NCBI GenBank assembly: GCA_964545475.1
Contig: CAZJGG010000003.1
Coordinates: forward strand, 757-64,756
Reading direction: 5' to 3'
From: an uncultured Eubacteriales bacterium
GTDB lineage: Bacteria > Bacillota > Clostridia > Lachnospirales > JAISER01
Length of the DNA stretch: 64,000 bases
A program made the translations under genes and the position numbers. Below, in pieces: positions 18,006 to 27,152 of the stretch (positions within the stretch are counted from its first letter, which is position 1; the number at the start of each line of letters is the position of its first letter). A model generated the notes under the pieces. It was given only the letters and a program-made list of their open reading frames with translations, did no database searches and was not told where the DNA came from.

Positions 18006-18890
18006 TTAAAGGCATAATAAAATAATAGACAAAAGCCCAGTTGTAAGCCCTGCAATTTTTGCTTTAGTGGGCTTATCTTTATAGACAGCAAATGAAAAAA
18101 TTGTGGCGGTGACTACAACTCCTCCGTTTAAAACAGGGTAATAAACGAAAGAGGGCAAAACCCCTGCTAAAAATAAGCCCAAGACGCTGGAAAAGCCGGA
18201 ATCTACACCGTGGGCAATAAATATTGCAAAAAACTTCTTATCTTTTAAATTTGAAATTACAGCTTTATTTTTTATTAAGTCAATAACAAGCAAAATTATG
18301 GCAACAATAATTGCAACGCCAAAAGTTATAGCCATAAATTCCCTCATATATTTGCCGGGGGTTATAACTTGCTGCATTTTGCTTGTTACCATAATTAAGC
18401 CATAACCGAAAAAAGCCCCTATAGAATAAATAAGCCATTTCAGGCTTTTTTTCTTTTCGCCGCCTTCATTTGAAATACTGCCTAAATAAAACGTTATGAG
18501 CAAAAGCATAAGCCCAACTATTTGTATTATTTTCATTTTTTCTCCCCATACCATTATGCCGTAAAAAACAGGTATTACAATTGAGGAAGAAAAAACAAGG
18601 GTAGTAAAAGCAAATGGCCCTACTTCAAAAGCCTTTGTATAAAGCAAAAAGCTTATTGTATATAAAACTCCTTGAAAGATTGCAACTTGAATGGTTTTAA
18701 TGGGTATGCCGGAAAAGTTTGAACCTGCTAAAAAAATTAAAAACGCTATAAACATGTAACCTATTGTATAAATATAATAGCTTGAAAGGTTAATCATGAA
18801 GCGTTTATTAAATTCTTTCAAAAAAACGTTTTGAATGCTTACTAAAAGTACAGAAGTTATTGTTAATAATGTAACCATATCCAACCCCAT
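18006..18890 (-). CDS. EamA/DMT-superfamily transporter (about 10 TM)
   Basis: 294 aa, with a duplicated 5-TM pattern. The start could instead be ATG 18878. Confidence 0.65.
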   Translation of the reverse strand: MGLDMVTLLTITSVLLVSIQNVFLKEFNKRFMINLSSYYIYTIGYMFIAFLIFLAGSNFSGIPIKTIQVAIFQGVLYTISFLLYTKAFEVGPFAFTTLVFSSSIVIPVFYGIMVWGEKMKIIQIVGLMLLLITFYLGSISNEGGEKKKSLKWLIYSIGAFFGYGLIMVTSKMQQVITPGKYMREFMAITFGVAIIVAIILLVIDLIKNKAVISNLKDKKFFAIFIAHGVDSGFSSVLGLFLAGVLPSFVYYPVLNGGVVVTATIFSFAVYKDKPTKAKIAGLTTGLLSIILLCL

Positions 18891-19040
18891 TTTTGTGAAA
18901 TATCCACCATTTTATAGCGATTTTTTCTAGTTGTCAATTTAAATAACCACTGATTAATTTATAATATTGTATTGTTAAAACATGTAAATGGTACTATAAT
19001 GTAATGGTAATGGTGTAAAATTATTTTTTGAGGTGATGTT

Positions 19041-20777
19041 ATGGAATACAGAAAAAGTTATGATGAATGGATAAACAATAAATACTATGACGAGGAAACA
19101 AAGAAAGAACTTTTAGCTATTTCTAACGACGAAAAAGAGATTGAAGACAGATTCCACACAAGCCTTGCATTTGGAACAGGAGGGCTTAGAGGTATTATTG
19201 GTGCGGGCACAAACCGCATGAACGTATACACTGTGCAAAAAGCCACACAAGGGCTTGCAAACACAATTTTAAAGCAAGGAATAGACTTATCAAAAACTTG
19301 CGTTTGTATAGCACACGACCCTCGCCGTTTATCATCTGAATTTGCTAAACAAACAGCTCTTGTTTTAAACGGAAACGGCATTAAGACAGTTGTTTTTGAT
19401 GGTATGCGCCCCACGCCATTTTTGTCTTTCGTTGTGCAAAAACTCGGCGCTATTGCAGGGGTTGTTATAACAGCAAGCCATAATCCTAAAGAATATAACG
19501 GCTATAAAGCATATTGGAGCGACGGCATTCAGCTTACATCACCGAGAGACGAAGAGGTTATAGACGAAGTTAACAAAATTGCAGATTTTGGGCAAGTAAA
19601 AATTGCAAACTATGACGAGGCAGTTAAAAATGGTTTATATACCGTTGGTTCTAAAGAGCTTGACGATGAATTTATTAAATATACTAAAGATTCCAGCTTA
19701 AACCCAGATTTAATAAAAGAACACGGCAAAGATTTAAACATTGTATACACTCCCCTTAATGGTGCAGGCAATATTTTTGTCCGCCGAGTTTTGAAAGAAA
19801 TGGGCTTTGAAAACGTTTTTGTTGTAAAAGAGCAAGAAAATCCAGACCCAACATTTAGTACTCTTGCATATCCAAACCCGGAAGATGCTAAAGCCTTTGA
19901 GCTTGCTTTAAAACTTGCAAATGAAGTTAACGGAGATATTGTTTTGGCAACAGATCCGGATTCCGACAGGCTTGGCGTAGTTGTAAAACATAACGGAGAA
20001 TATGTTTTTATTAACGGTAATATGATAGGCACGTTAATGTGCGAATACATTATAAGTCAAAAACAGAAAAACGGCGTATTACCTAAAGACGGCGCTGTTA
20101 TTTCAACAGTTGTGTCTACAAGGCTTACAAATGCAATAACAGATTATTACGGGCTCACATATTATGATGTTTTAACAGGATTTAAACACATTGGCACAAA
20201 AATGAAGCAGTTTGAAGATGAAAAGAGCAATTCATTTTTGTTTGCATTTGAAGAAAGTTACGGCACACTTGCAGGCCCTCATGTAAGAGATAAAGATGGC
20301 GTTTTGGCGGCAGTGCTAATGTGCGAAATTGCCCTTTATTATAAGCAACAAGGTTTAAGCGTTATTGATGCTCTTGAAAAAATGTATGAACGTTATGGTT
20401 TTTACAAAGAGGGAATTGAAACAATAACTCTTAAAGGGTTAGACGGCTTAATGGAAATGGCGAAAATTATGGCTAATTTGCGCACAAACCCTCCAATGGA
20501 AGTAAACGGAACTGCAATAACTTTGATTAAAGATTATAAGCTTAAAGAAGCGGTAAATACTTCAACAGGCGAAAAAACTGCTTTAACTCTTCCTGTTTCA
20601 GATGTTTTGCATTATACATTAGCAGACGGTTCATGGTTCTGCATTCGTCCTTCCGGCACTGAACCTAAAATTAAAATTTATTTCGGTGTAAAAGGGGAAA
20701 GCGCAGGGGATGCTTCCAAAAAGCTAGAAGCTTTAGTAAACGGCGCAATGGCTTTGGTTGAAAAAGCCGGAAAATAG
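19041..20777 (+). CDS. Phosphoglucomutase/phosphomannomutase-family phosphohexomutase (PgcA-like)
   Basis: 578 aa. Contains the active-site loop TASHNPKEYNGYK and the metal loop ATDPDSDR. Confidence 0.9.
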   Translation: MEYRKSYDEWINNKYYDEETKKELLAISNDEKEIEDRFHTSLAFGTGGLRGIIGAGTNRMNVYTVQKATQGLANTILKQGIDLSKTCVCIAHDPRRLSSEFAKQTALVLNGNGIKTVVFDGMRPTPFLSFVVQKLGAIAGVVITASHNPKEYNGYKAYWSDGIQLTSPRDEEVIDEVNKIADFGQVKIANYDEAVKNGLYTVGSKELDDEFIKYTKDSSLNPDLIKEHGKDLNIVYTPLNGAGNIFVRRVLKEMGFENVFVVKEQENPDPTFSTLAYPNPEDAKAFELALKLANEVNGDIVLATDPDSDRLGVVVKHNGEYVFINGNMIGTLMCEYIISQKQKNGVLPKDGAVISTVVSTRLTNAITDYYGLTYYDVLTGFKHIGTKMKQFEDEKSNSFLFAFEESYGTLAGPHVRDKDGVLAAVLMCEIALYYKQQGLSVIDALEKMYERYGFYKEGIETITLKGLDGLMEMAKIMANLRTNPPMEVNGTAITLIKDYKLKEAVNTSTGEKTALTLPVSDVLHYTLADGSWFCIRPSGTEPKIKIYFGVKGESAGDASKKLEALVNGAMALVEKAGK

Positions 20778-20795
20778 TTATTGATGTCATAAATC

Positions 20796-20850
20796 TAAGA
20801 GCCTGTTCAAAGCCTCGCTTTTAATGGGTTTTCGAGCAAATTTTTTGAGG
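20796..20850. repeat. Degenerate, inverted copy of one arm of the palindromic repeat family
   Basis: CTAAGAGCCTGTTCAAAGCCTCGCTTTTAATGGGTTTTCGAGCAAATTTTTT aligns to the reverse complement of 54122-54178. Confidence 0.55.
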
Positions 20851-20871
20851 CAACCGCTAAAGTGGTATCTT

Positions 20872-20918
20872 ATGGGCGTGTTGAAATTTTCCCAATAAGG
20901 ATTATTCAACACGCCCAT
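20872..20918. repeat. Hairpin with stem ATGGGCGTGTTGAA (REP-like), downstream of the mutase gene
   Basis: Perfect 14-bp inverted repeat (20872-20885 and 20905-20918) with a 19-nt loop. There is no T tract. Confidence 0.6.
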
Positions 20919-21047
20919 TAATTGTAAGCCGTACTATCCATAATTTTTTATTATGTCGTAGCACGGCTTTTTATAATGGGGAAAGGGGTTATATAGTCTA
21001 TAAATAAAATTAATCTTGTACAGAGCCTTGAAGAGGAGTAAAATGGT

Positions 21048-21152
21048 TAGAGCAATTTGACAAAACATTGACAGGTGTGGAGGGGAAACAGCAAACGTTT
21101 CACCGCTGTTTCCGCGAACATAGCTGTTTATGTTTTTGCAAATAGCTATATG
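21048..21152 (+). repeat. 105-bp direct repeat, left copy
   Basis: Aligns without gaps to 22350-22454 with 5 mismatches by my count. Contains the hairpin GGAAACAGC-N12-GCTGTTTCC (21084-21113). Confidence 0.9.
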
Positions 21153-21203
21153 AGTAAAGATTTTGTAAATTTTTTCAGAAATCTGTGTGAAAGGAGCGAT
21201 TGT

Positions 21204-22271
21204 TTGATAAAAAGGAAATGTGTTGTTACGATTGCTGCTATTTTGTGTGTCACCATAATGGGAGGATGCGCTAAGGGTGCTCAAACTGAGGTGCTGCAAC
21301 CAGTAGAGTCTTTATCTGAGCAGAAACAATCGGCATTGGAGGAGTCACCATATCAAGAAATTACAATTTCCATTGGTGCAGATGGATATCAGCTGGATGG
21401 AATTTTATGTTTGCCAACCTCTGACGATATCGAGGATGTGGTAATCTTGGTACATGGTTCGGGGCGAAGCGATCTGAACGCCTATAACAGTAAGGCAGGT
21501 CCTAATACGATGTTTCAAGATATTGCCATAGGGCTAGCAGAGCAGGGTATTGCCACAATACGCTATAATAAACGATATTTTCAATATCCTGACCATGCTG
21601 GCGAAGAGGTGACCATTGAAGATGAATCCCTCAATGATGTAGGGTCTGCCATTGCGTTTGCAAAAAATAATGAATATGCTCAGTTTAAGCGAATCACCAT
21701 AGTTGGGCACAGCCTAGGGGGGACGCTGGCACCCCAAATTGCAAAGGATCACCCTGCTGTCGCGGCGATTGTTTCTCTGGGGGGAACGCCAAGACATTTG
21801 GCAGATGTGATCTTTGACCAGAACATGAACTACATCAAACGTACCTTCAACAACGAGGATCAGAGTTTGCAAATACGACAGCTGGAAGAGCAGCTTCAAA
21901 AAACGAAGCAGCTTACCAAAGGAGAATCGGGTATCTCTTATTTTGGATACTCTTCATATTTTTGGGCTAGTCTCAATCGGATAAACGTTGCTGAGCTTGT
22001 GGGTGAATTGGATATTCCAATACTGGCTTTGCAGGGAGATGAAGATTTTCAAATAACCAAAGAAGCTGATTTTTTTGTATGGCAAGAAATCTTGCAAAAT
22101 AAGCCCAATGCCACGTTGATAAGCTATCCCAATCTAAATCATATCTTTATGCAATCAAACGGCAAGACCGACCGTAGCGAATATACCATTAAAGGCAGTG
22201 TAGATGCTAAGGTGATCAGTGATATGGCAAATTGGATTTTAGCACAAACAGAAGTCCGCAATCTCAATTAA
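21204..22271 (+). CDS. Lipoprotein alpha/beta-hydrolase (serine hydrolase, GHSLGG nucleophile elbow)
   Basis: Track ORF 21075..22271. I moved the start to TTG 21204, which has AAAGGAG 7 nt upstream. This gives a signal peptide plus lipobox (IKRKCVVTIAAILCVTIMGGC). Contains GHSLGG. The gene is visibly GC-richer than its flanks. Confidence 0.7.
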   Translation: MIKRKCVVTIAAILCVTIMGGCAKGAQTEVLQPVESLSEQKQSALEESPYQEITISIGADGYQLDGILCLPTSDDIEDVVILVHGSGRSDLNAYNSKAGPNTMFQDIAIGLAEQGIATIRYNKRYFQYPDHAGEEVTIEDESLNDVGSAIAFAKNNEYAQFKRITIVGHSLGGTLAPQIAKDHPAVAAIVSLGGTPRHLADVIFDQNMNYIKRTFNNEDQSLQIRQLEEQLQKTKQLTKGESGISYFGYSSYFWASLNRINVAELVGELDIPILALQGDEDFQITKEADFFVWQEILQNKPNATLISYPNLNHIFMQSNGKTDRSEYTIKGSVDAKVISDMANWILAQTEVRNLN

Positions 22272-22349
22272 TATTCGGTCATGTTAAAATAAGTAATCCA
22301 AGCCCCAAGGGAATACAGGTTCTTAAGTTGATAACATTAGAGCGGCATC

Positions 22350-22454
22350 TAGAGCAACTTGACAAAACATTAACAGGTGTGGAGTGGAAACAGCAGACGT
22401 TTCACCGCTGTTTCTGCGAACATAGCTGTTTATGTTTTTGCAAATAGCTATATG
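22350..22454 (+). repeat. 105-bp direct repeat, right copy
   Basis: See the left copy at 21048-21152. Confidence 0.9.
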
Positions 22455-22609
22455 TTGCTCCGTCAGCCTTTTATTAAAATTATGTTACTGCTTTTAATAT
22501 TTATTGTCTTCATTTCAATTTCTATTAAAAATTTTGAAAAGAAAAAACACTGTAAAATCAAGGAATTTGACAGCTTGGAAAAATTTTTAAAAAAATTTTA
22601 GAAAAATGC

Positions 22610-22638
22610 TTGACTTTTTTGAATATATGTAATACAAT
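22610..22638 (+). promoter_or_regulatory. Candidate sigma-A promoter for the tRNA pair
   Basis: TTGACT, 17 nt, TACAAT, about 50 nt upstream of tRNA-Phe. Confidence 0.55.
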
Positions 22639-22689
22639 ATCGTTCGTTGCGGTACACAAGTTAAGGCAAGCAACAAACAAAAGCCTTAA

Positions 22690-22762
<73 letters not shown>

Positions 22763-22780
22763 TATTTTTATCCGCACAAC

Positions 22781-22853
22781 GGGTTACTAGCTCAGCTGGT
22801 AGAGCACTGGACTTTTAATCCAGTTGTCCCGGGTTCGAGCCCCGGGTAACTCA
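22781..22853 (+). tRNA. tRNA-Lys (anticodon UUU)
   Basis: Acceptor GGGTTAC/GTAACTC, anticodon stem-loop CTGGA-CTTTTAA-TCCAG, T arm CCGGG-TTCGAGC-CCCGG. The 3' CCA is not encoded. Confidence 0.92.
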
Positions 22854-22854
22854 T

Positions 22855-22894
22855 AAGCCTTACAAGTCTAACGATTTGTAAGGCTTTTGTTTTA
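22855..22894 (+). terminator. Intrinsic terminator after the tRNA pair
   Basis: AAGCCTTACAA, 9-nt loop, TTGTAAGGCTT, followed by TTGTTTTAT. Confidence 0.8.
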
Positions 22895-23147
22895 TATTTT
22901 ACGTTTTACAGTGGCGTAGAAGTTTCTCTAACAAACAAGACAACAGAATGTTTCCAAAAGATATTTATTTTTATTATATATATAAATATTTTAACTTACG
23001 TTTGCAAAAGGCACATACATAAACAATTATTTTTACAAAACAAGTAAATTATTGTTGCAATTTCGTTAAAAATATGTTATTTTAGTTACAGATAGTGAAA
23101 TTTTATTTTTCACTATTTTTTTTATTGCATGATAATTAAGGGGGTAT

Positions 23148-24077
23148 TTGATGCTAAGATATTTGGCAAAAACTTTATTCGCCGGAGTCGTGTCGTTGTT
23201 TGTGCTTATAACAATTACATTTTTTCTGGTACATGCTATTCCAGGGGGGCCGTTTAGTGCAGCGGAGGAAAAAAACGTTCCACAGTTTGTTATTGACCGC
23301 ATGAACGAGAAATTCGGACTTAACGACCCGGTATACGTACAATACGGTCGCTACATGAAAAGCATTTTAAAAGGAGATTTAGGTATTTCCTACAAAAAAC
23401 AAAATACAACAGTTAACGAAATTGTAGAGCAAGGCTTTCCGGTTTCCGCAAAGGTTGGAGCATGGGCTGTTTTAGTTGCCGTTATTGTGGGTATTATTTT
23501 AGGTATTTTATCTGCAATTTATAAAAATACATTTATCGACTGGTTTTGTAGAATTTTTGCTACAATTGGTGTATCGGTTCCGGGCTTTGTTATCGGTGTA
23601 TTTTTGTTATATTTCTTCGCAGTGTATTTAGGGCTTTTCAGAACTATGGGGCTACAATCTTGGAAAGATTACGTTCTTCCCGTTGCAGGGCTTTCGTTTA
23701 CTCCTATCGCTTATATTTCAAGGCTTATGCGCTCAAGCATGCTTGAAAATATGCAGCAAGACTACATAAGAACGGCTAGAGCAAAAGGTGTAAAAGAATT
23801 TTTTGTTATAGTAAAACATGCTTTAAGAAACTCAATTATTCCTATTGTTTCATATGTCGGACCATTAATAGCGGCTTTATTAACTGGCAGCTTCGTTATT
23901 GAGAGATTGTTTACAATACCGGGAATAGGTCGGTTTTTCGTAATGGGTATTACTGACAGGGATTATACTATAGTACTGGGTATGACCATATTCTTCGGCG
24001 GTTTGCTTATTCTTTGTAACATCCTTGTAGACGCTGTTTATGTAGTAATTGATCCGAGAATTAAATTTGACGAGTAG
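23148..24077 (+). CDS. oppB: Oligopeptide ABC transporter permease (OppB/DppB type)
   Basis: 309 aa, about 6 TM, with the binding-protein-dependent permease EAA-type loop (YIRTARAKG). Confidence 0.88.
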   Translation: MMLRYLAKTLFAGVVSLFVLITITFFLVHAIPGGPFSAAEEKNVPQFVIDRMNEKFGLNDPVYVQYGRYMKSILKGDLGISYKKQNTTVNEIVEQGFPVSAKVGAWAVLVAVIVGIILGILSAIYKNTFIDWFCRIFATIGVSVPGFVIGVFLLYFFAVYLGLFRTMGLQSWKDYVLPVAGLSFTPIAYISRLMRSSMLENMQQDYIRTARAKGVKEFFVIVKHALRNSIIPIVSYVGPLIAALLTGSFVIERLFTIPGIGRFFVMGITDRDYTIVLGMTIFFGGLLILCNILVDAVYVVIDPRIKFDE

Positions 24078-24085
24078 GTGATAAG

Positions 24086-25033
24086 ATGAGTGAAGTAGCA
24101 TATTCAATAGATAATATTAATATTTCTGATAATCTTTTTAACCCAATGCCCGAAGGACAGTCGGACATGGAAAAAATCGTAAGAAAAAGCAAGACGTTTT
24201 GGCAAGATGCATGGGGCAGATTTAAGAAAAACCCGTTAGCCATTGCTGGTCTTGTAATTCTTGTCATTATGGTTATTTTTGCAATACTAGGTCCAATACT
24301 TTCGCCTTATACATATGACCAACAGAATATTTTGAACCAATATCAATCTCCTAATGCGCAGCACTGGTTTGGAACAGATAAGTTCGGCAGGGATATTTTT
24401 GTAAGAATTGCTTATGGCGCAAGGATAAGCTTGGCAATTGGTTTTGCAGCGGCGGCTATAAACATTGTAATTGGTGTTATTTATGGCGGCGTTGCAGGTT
24501 ATTTTGGCGGCAAAATTGATATTATAATGATGCGTTTTGTAGACATTATTGCAGGTATTCCGTCTTTATGTTATGTTATCCTTATAATGCTTTATTTAGG
24601 CAGCAATATTACAAGTATATTGATTGCCATTTGCGTATCTTCATGGACGAGAACGGCTCGTGTTGTTCGTTCACAAGTTTTAACCCTTAGAGAACAAGAT
24701 TTTATTATGGCTGCTAGATGTATCGGTGAAGGTGATTTGTCGATTATTTTTAAGCACTTAATACCAAACAGCCTTGGGCCAATTATAGTTACAGTATCGT
24801 TTTTAATACCGGATGCCATTTTTACAGAAGCATTCTTAAGTTTTTTAGGTATCGGCATTAAAGTGCCAATGGCAAGCTGGGGCACTCTTGCAAATGATGC
24901 CATACCAACGCTTTCATCTTATCCTTATCTAATGTTTATTCCGGCAATTGCAATAAGCGTAACTATATTTGCGCTTAACTTTATCGGCGACGGCTTAAGA
25001 GACAGCCTTGACCCGAAACTTAAGAATAGATAA
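24086..25033 (+). CDS. oppC: Oligopeptide ABC transporter permease (OppC/DppC type)
   Basis: 315 aa with an OppC-type N-terminal extension and permease core. Confidence 0.88.
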   Translation: MSEVAYSIDNINISDNLFNPMPEGQSDMEKIVRKSKTFWQDAWGRFKKNPLAIAGLVILVIMVIFAILGPILSPYTYDQQNILNQYQSPNAQHWFGTDKFGRDIFVRIAYGARISLAIGFAAAAINIVIGVIYGGVAGYFGGKIDIIMMRFVDIIAGIPSLCYVILIMLYLGSNITSILIAICVSSWTRTARVVRSQVLTLREQDFIMAARCIGEGDLSIIFKHLIPNSLGPIIVTVSFLIPDAIFTEAFLSFLGIGIKVPMASWGTLANDAIPTLSSYPYLMFIPAIAISVTIFALNFIGDGLRDSLDPKLKNR

Positions 25034-25045
25034 GGGGGAATAGCG

Positions 25046-26050
25046 GTGAGTAATATACTTGAAGTTAAAAACTTAAAAACAACATTTTTTACTGAAGATG
25101 GAAAAGTACAAGCCGTTCGTGGCATTGATTTTAATATAAAAAAAGGCGAATCTGTGGGAATCGTTGGGGAATCCGGCTGCGGCAAAAGCGTTACAATGCT
25201 TTCGATTATGCGTTTATTGTCAAGCAACGCAAATTTTTCTGCCGATTACATAAACTTTGAAGGTGAAAACCTTATTAATAAGACCCGGGCGGATATGCGT
25301 GGCATACAAGGGAATCAGATAGGCATGATTTTTCAAGACCCTATGACGTCCTTAAACCCGGTTTTTACAATTGGAGATCAAATTTGCGAGCCTTTGAAGA
25401 TACATCAAAAATTAAAAGGTGCGGAAGCAAAGAAAAAAGCAGTGGAGCTTTTAAAGCTTGTTGGTATTCCCAGCCCAGAAAGCCGTTTAAAGCAATATCC
25501 TCATGAATTTTCCGGAGGTATGCGCCAAAGGGTTATGATTGCTATTGCCTTAAGTTGTAATCCAAGGCTTTTAATTGCAGACGAACCCACAACTGCACTA
25601 GACGTTACAATTCAAGCCCAAATTTTAGATCTTATGAACGAGCTTAAAGCAAAGCTTGATATGTCTATAATTATGATTACCCATGACTTAGGTGTTATCG
25701 CAAGCACATGCTCAAAGGTTATTGTAATGTATGGCGGTCTTATTATAGAAGAAGCCAGCGCAGACGAATTGTTTGAAAACGCTAAACACCCTTATACTTG
25801 GGGTCTTATAAATTCCTTGCCAAGAGTAACCGAGGGGGGCAAAAAAGAAAAGCTGTTCCCAATACCGGGAAGCCCGCCGGACTTACTTGCGCCACCCAAA
25901 GGCTGCCCTTTTGCGCCAAGATGCCAAAAGGCAATGATGATTTGTCAAGATTATATGCCTAATTTCTGTGATGTATCCGAGACTCATAAAGTCGCTTGTT
26001 GGCTTATGCATCCAAAGGCGAAAAATTTGGACGGAGGAAGATTGGCATGA
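25046..26050 (+). CDS. oppD: Oligopeptide ABC transporter ATPase (OppD type)
   Basis: GTG start. Walker A GESGCGKS, signature FSGGMRQR, Walker [13 protein letters not shown], and a C-terminal oligopeptide-type extension. Confidence 0.9.
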   Translation: MSNILEVKNLKTTFFTEDGKVQAVRGIDFNIKKGESVGIVGESGCGKSVTMLSIMRLLSSNANFSADYINFEGENLINKTRADMRGIQGNQIGMIFQDPMTSLNPVFTIGDQICEPLKIHQKLKGAEAKKKAVELLKLVGIPSPESRLKQYPHEFSGGMRQRVMIAIALSCNPRLLIADEPTTALDVTIQAQILDLMNELKAKLDMSIIMITHDLGVIASTCSKVIVMYGGLIIEEASADELFENAKHPYTWGLINSLPRVTEGGKKEKLFPIPGSPPDLLAPPKGCPFAPRCQKAMMICQDYMPNFCDVSETHKVACWLMHPKAKNLDGGRLA

Positions 26051-27015
26051 GCGAACAAATGATAGTTAAAAACCTAAAAAAACATTTCCCCATAAGAAAG
26101 GGCTTTTTTGGAGGGGAAAGCAAAGTTGCAAAAGCTGTTGATGATGTTAGCTTTACTATAAATAAAGGTGAAACATTAGGGCTTGTTGGTGAATCCGGCT
26201 GCGGTAAAACCACTGTAGGAAGGTGCATTTTAAAGCTGTATTCTTTAACCTCCGGAGAAATTTGGTTTAATGGCGTAGATATTTCAAAGTTTGACAGAAA
26301 TGAAATGCTGCCTTATCGCAAAAAAATACAGATGATATTCCAAGACCCATTTACCTCTTTGGATCCTCGTATGACCATAGGGCAAATTATCGGAGCACCT
26401 CTTGCTGTACACGGGCTTTACGAGGGGAGCGCAAGGCAGGATAGAATTAAGGAGCTTATTTCAGATGTAGGGCTTAAAAGCGACCATATTAACCGTTATC
26501 CCCATGAATTTTCCGGCGGACAGCGGCAAAGGATTGGCATTGCAAGGGCTTTGGCGGTTGAGCCTGAGTTTATTGTTTGCGATGAGCCGGTTTCCGCATT
26601 GGACGTTTCGATTCAAGCACAAATTATTAATTCTCTTGTGGAGTTCCAAAAGGAACTGGGGCTTACATATTTGTTTATTTCTCATGACCTTTCAGTTGTG
26701 CGATATATTTCTGATAAAGTAGGGGTTATGTATCTGGGTAACATGGTTGAATATGCTGAAGTTGGGGAGATGTATTCAAATATGCAGCATCCTTATTCAA
26801 AATCATTGTTTTCCGCTTTGCCGGAAGCAAACCCGAAAAAAGCAAGGGAAGCAAAACGCATAATTTTACAAGGAGATTTACCTTCGCCAATTAACCCGCC
26901 ATCGGGTTGCGCATTTAGGACGAGATGCAGCGAATGTATGCCTATTTGCAGCGAGCAAAAACCTGCTTTTAAAGACATTGGCGGCAATCACTTTGTTGCT
27001 TGTCATAAGTTCTAG
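26047..27015 (+). CDS. oppF: Oligopeptide ABC transporter ATPase (OppF type)
   Basis: I placed the start at ATG 26047, which overlaps the oppD stop as ATGA and has GGAGGA upstream. Contains GESGCGKTT, FSGGQRQR and IVCDEPVSALD. Confidence 0.9.
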   Translation: MSEQMIVKNLKKHFPIRKGFFGGESKVAKAVDDVSFTINKGETLGLVGESGCGKTTVGRCILKLYSLTSGEIWFNGVDISKFDRNEMLPYRKKIQMIFQDPFTSLDPRMTIGQIIGAPLAVHGLYEGSARQDRIKELISDVGLKSDHINRYPHEFSGGQRQRIGIARALAVEPEFIVCDEPVSALDVSIQAQIINSLVEFQKELGLTYLFISHDLSVVRYISDKVGVMYLGNMVEYAEVGEMYSNMQHPYSKSLFSALPEANPKKAREAKRIILQGDLPSPINPPSGCAFRTRCSECMPICSEQKPAFKDIGGNHFVACHKF

Positions 27016-27152
27016 TTATAACCGCTAAAGTGTAATTATTGTTACACTTTGGTTATAAAATATAATACCGTAGTAATTTACGGGAAATGGCGGCTTTGCC
27101 GCCGGGGGCTATTTATAATCTTGCTCCCTAAAAATAACAAGGAGGAAAAACA

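Noticed and set aside
20934-21299. 121-aa minus-strand ORF spanning the left direct repeat and the hydrolase 5' end.
   Set aside because: It has no SD, runs antisense across the repeat and the lipoprotein signal sequence, and has no recognisable motifs.
22377-22601. 74-aa ORF starting inside the right 105-bp repeat. Its first 26 residues mirror the N-terminus of the long form of the hydrolase ORF.
   Set aside because: The shared N-terminus is just the translated repeat. There is no SD. The remainder is AT-rich, low-complexity sequence leading into the tRNA promoter. The hydrolase itself is better explained by the TTG 21204 start downstream of the repeat.
27015-27110. Two hairpins between oppF and the binding-protein gene (TTATAACC..AAAGTGTAA / TTACACTTT..GGTTATAA, and GGCGGC-TTT-GCCGCC), considered as a riboswitch or attenuator.
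   Set aside because: There is no T tract, no alternative-pairing logic, and no resemblance to any riboswitch class I can recognise. They are most simply mRNA processing or stability hairpins ahead of a possible internal promoter (TATAAT at about 27113).
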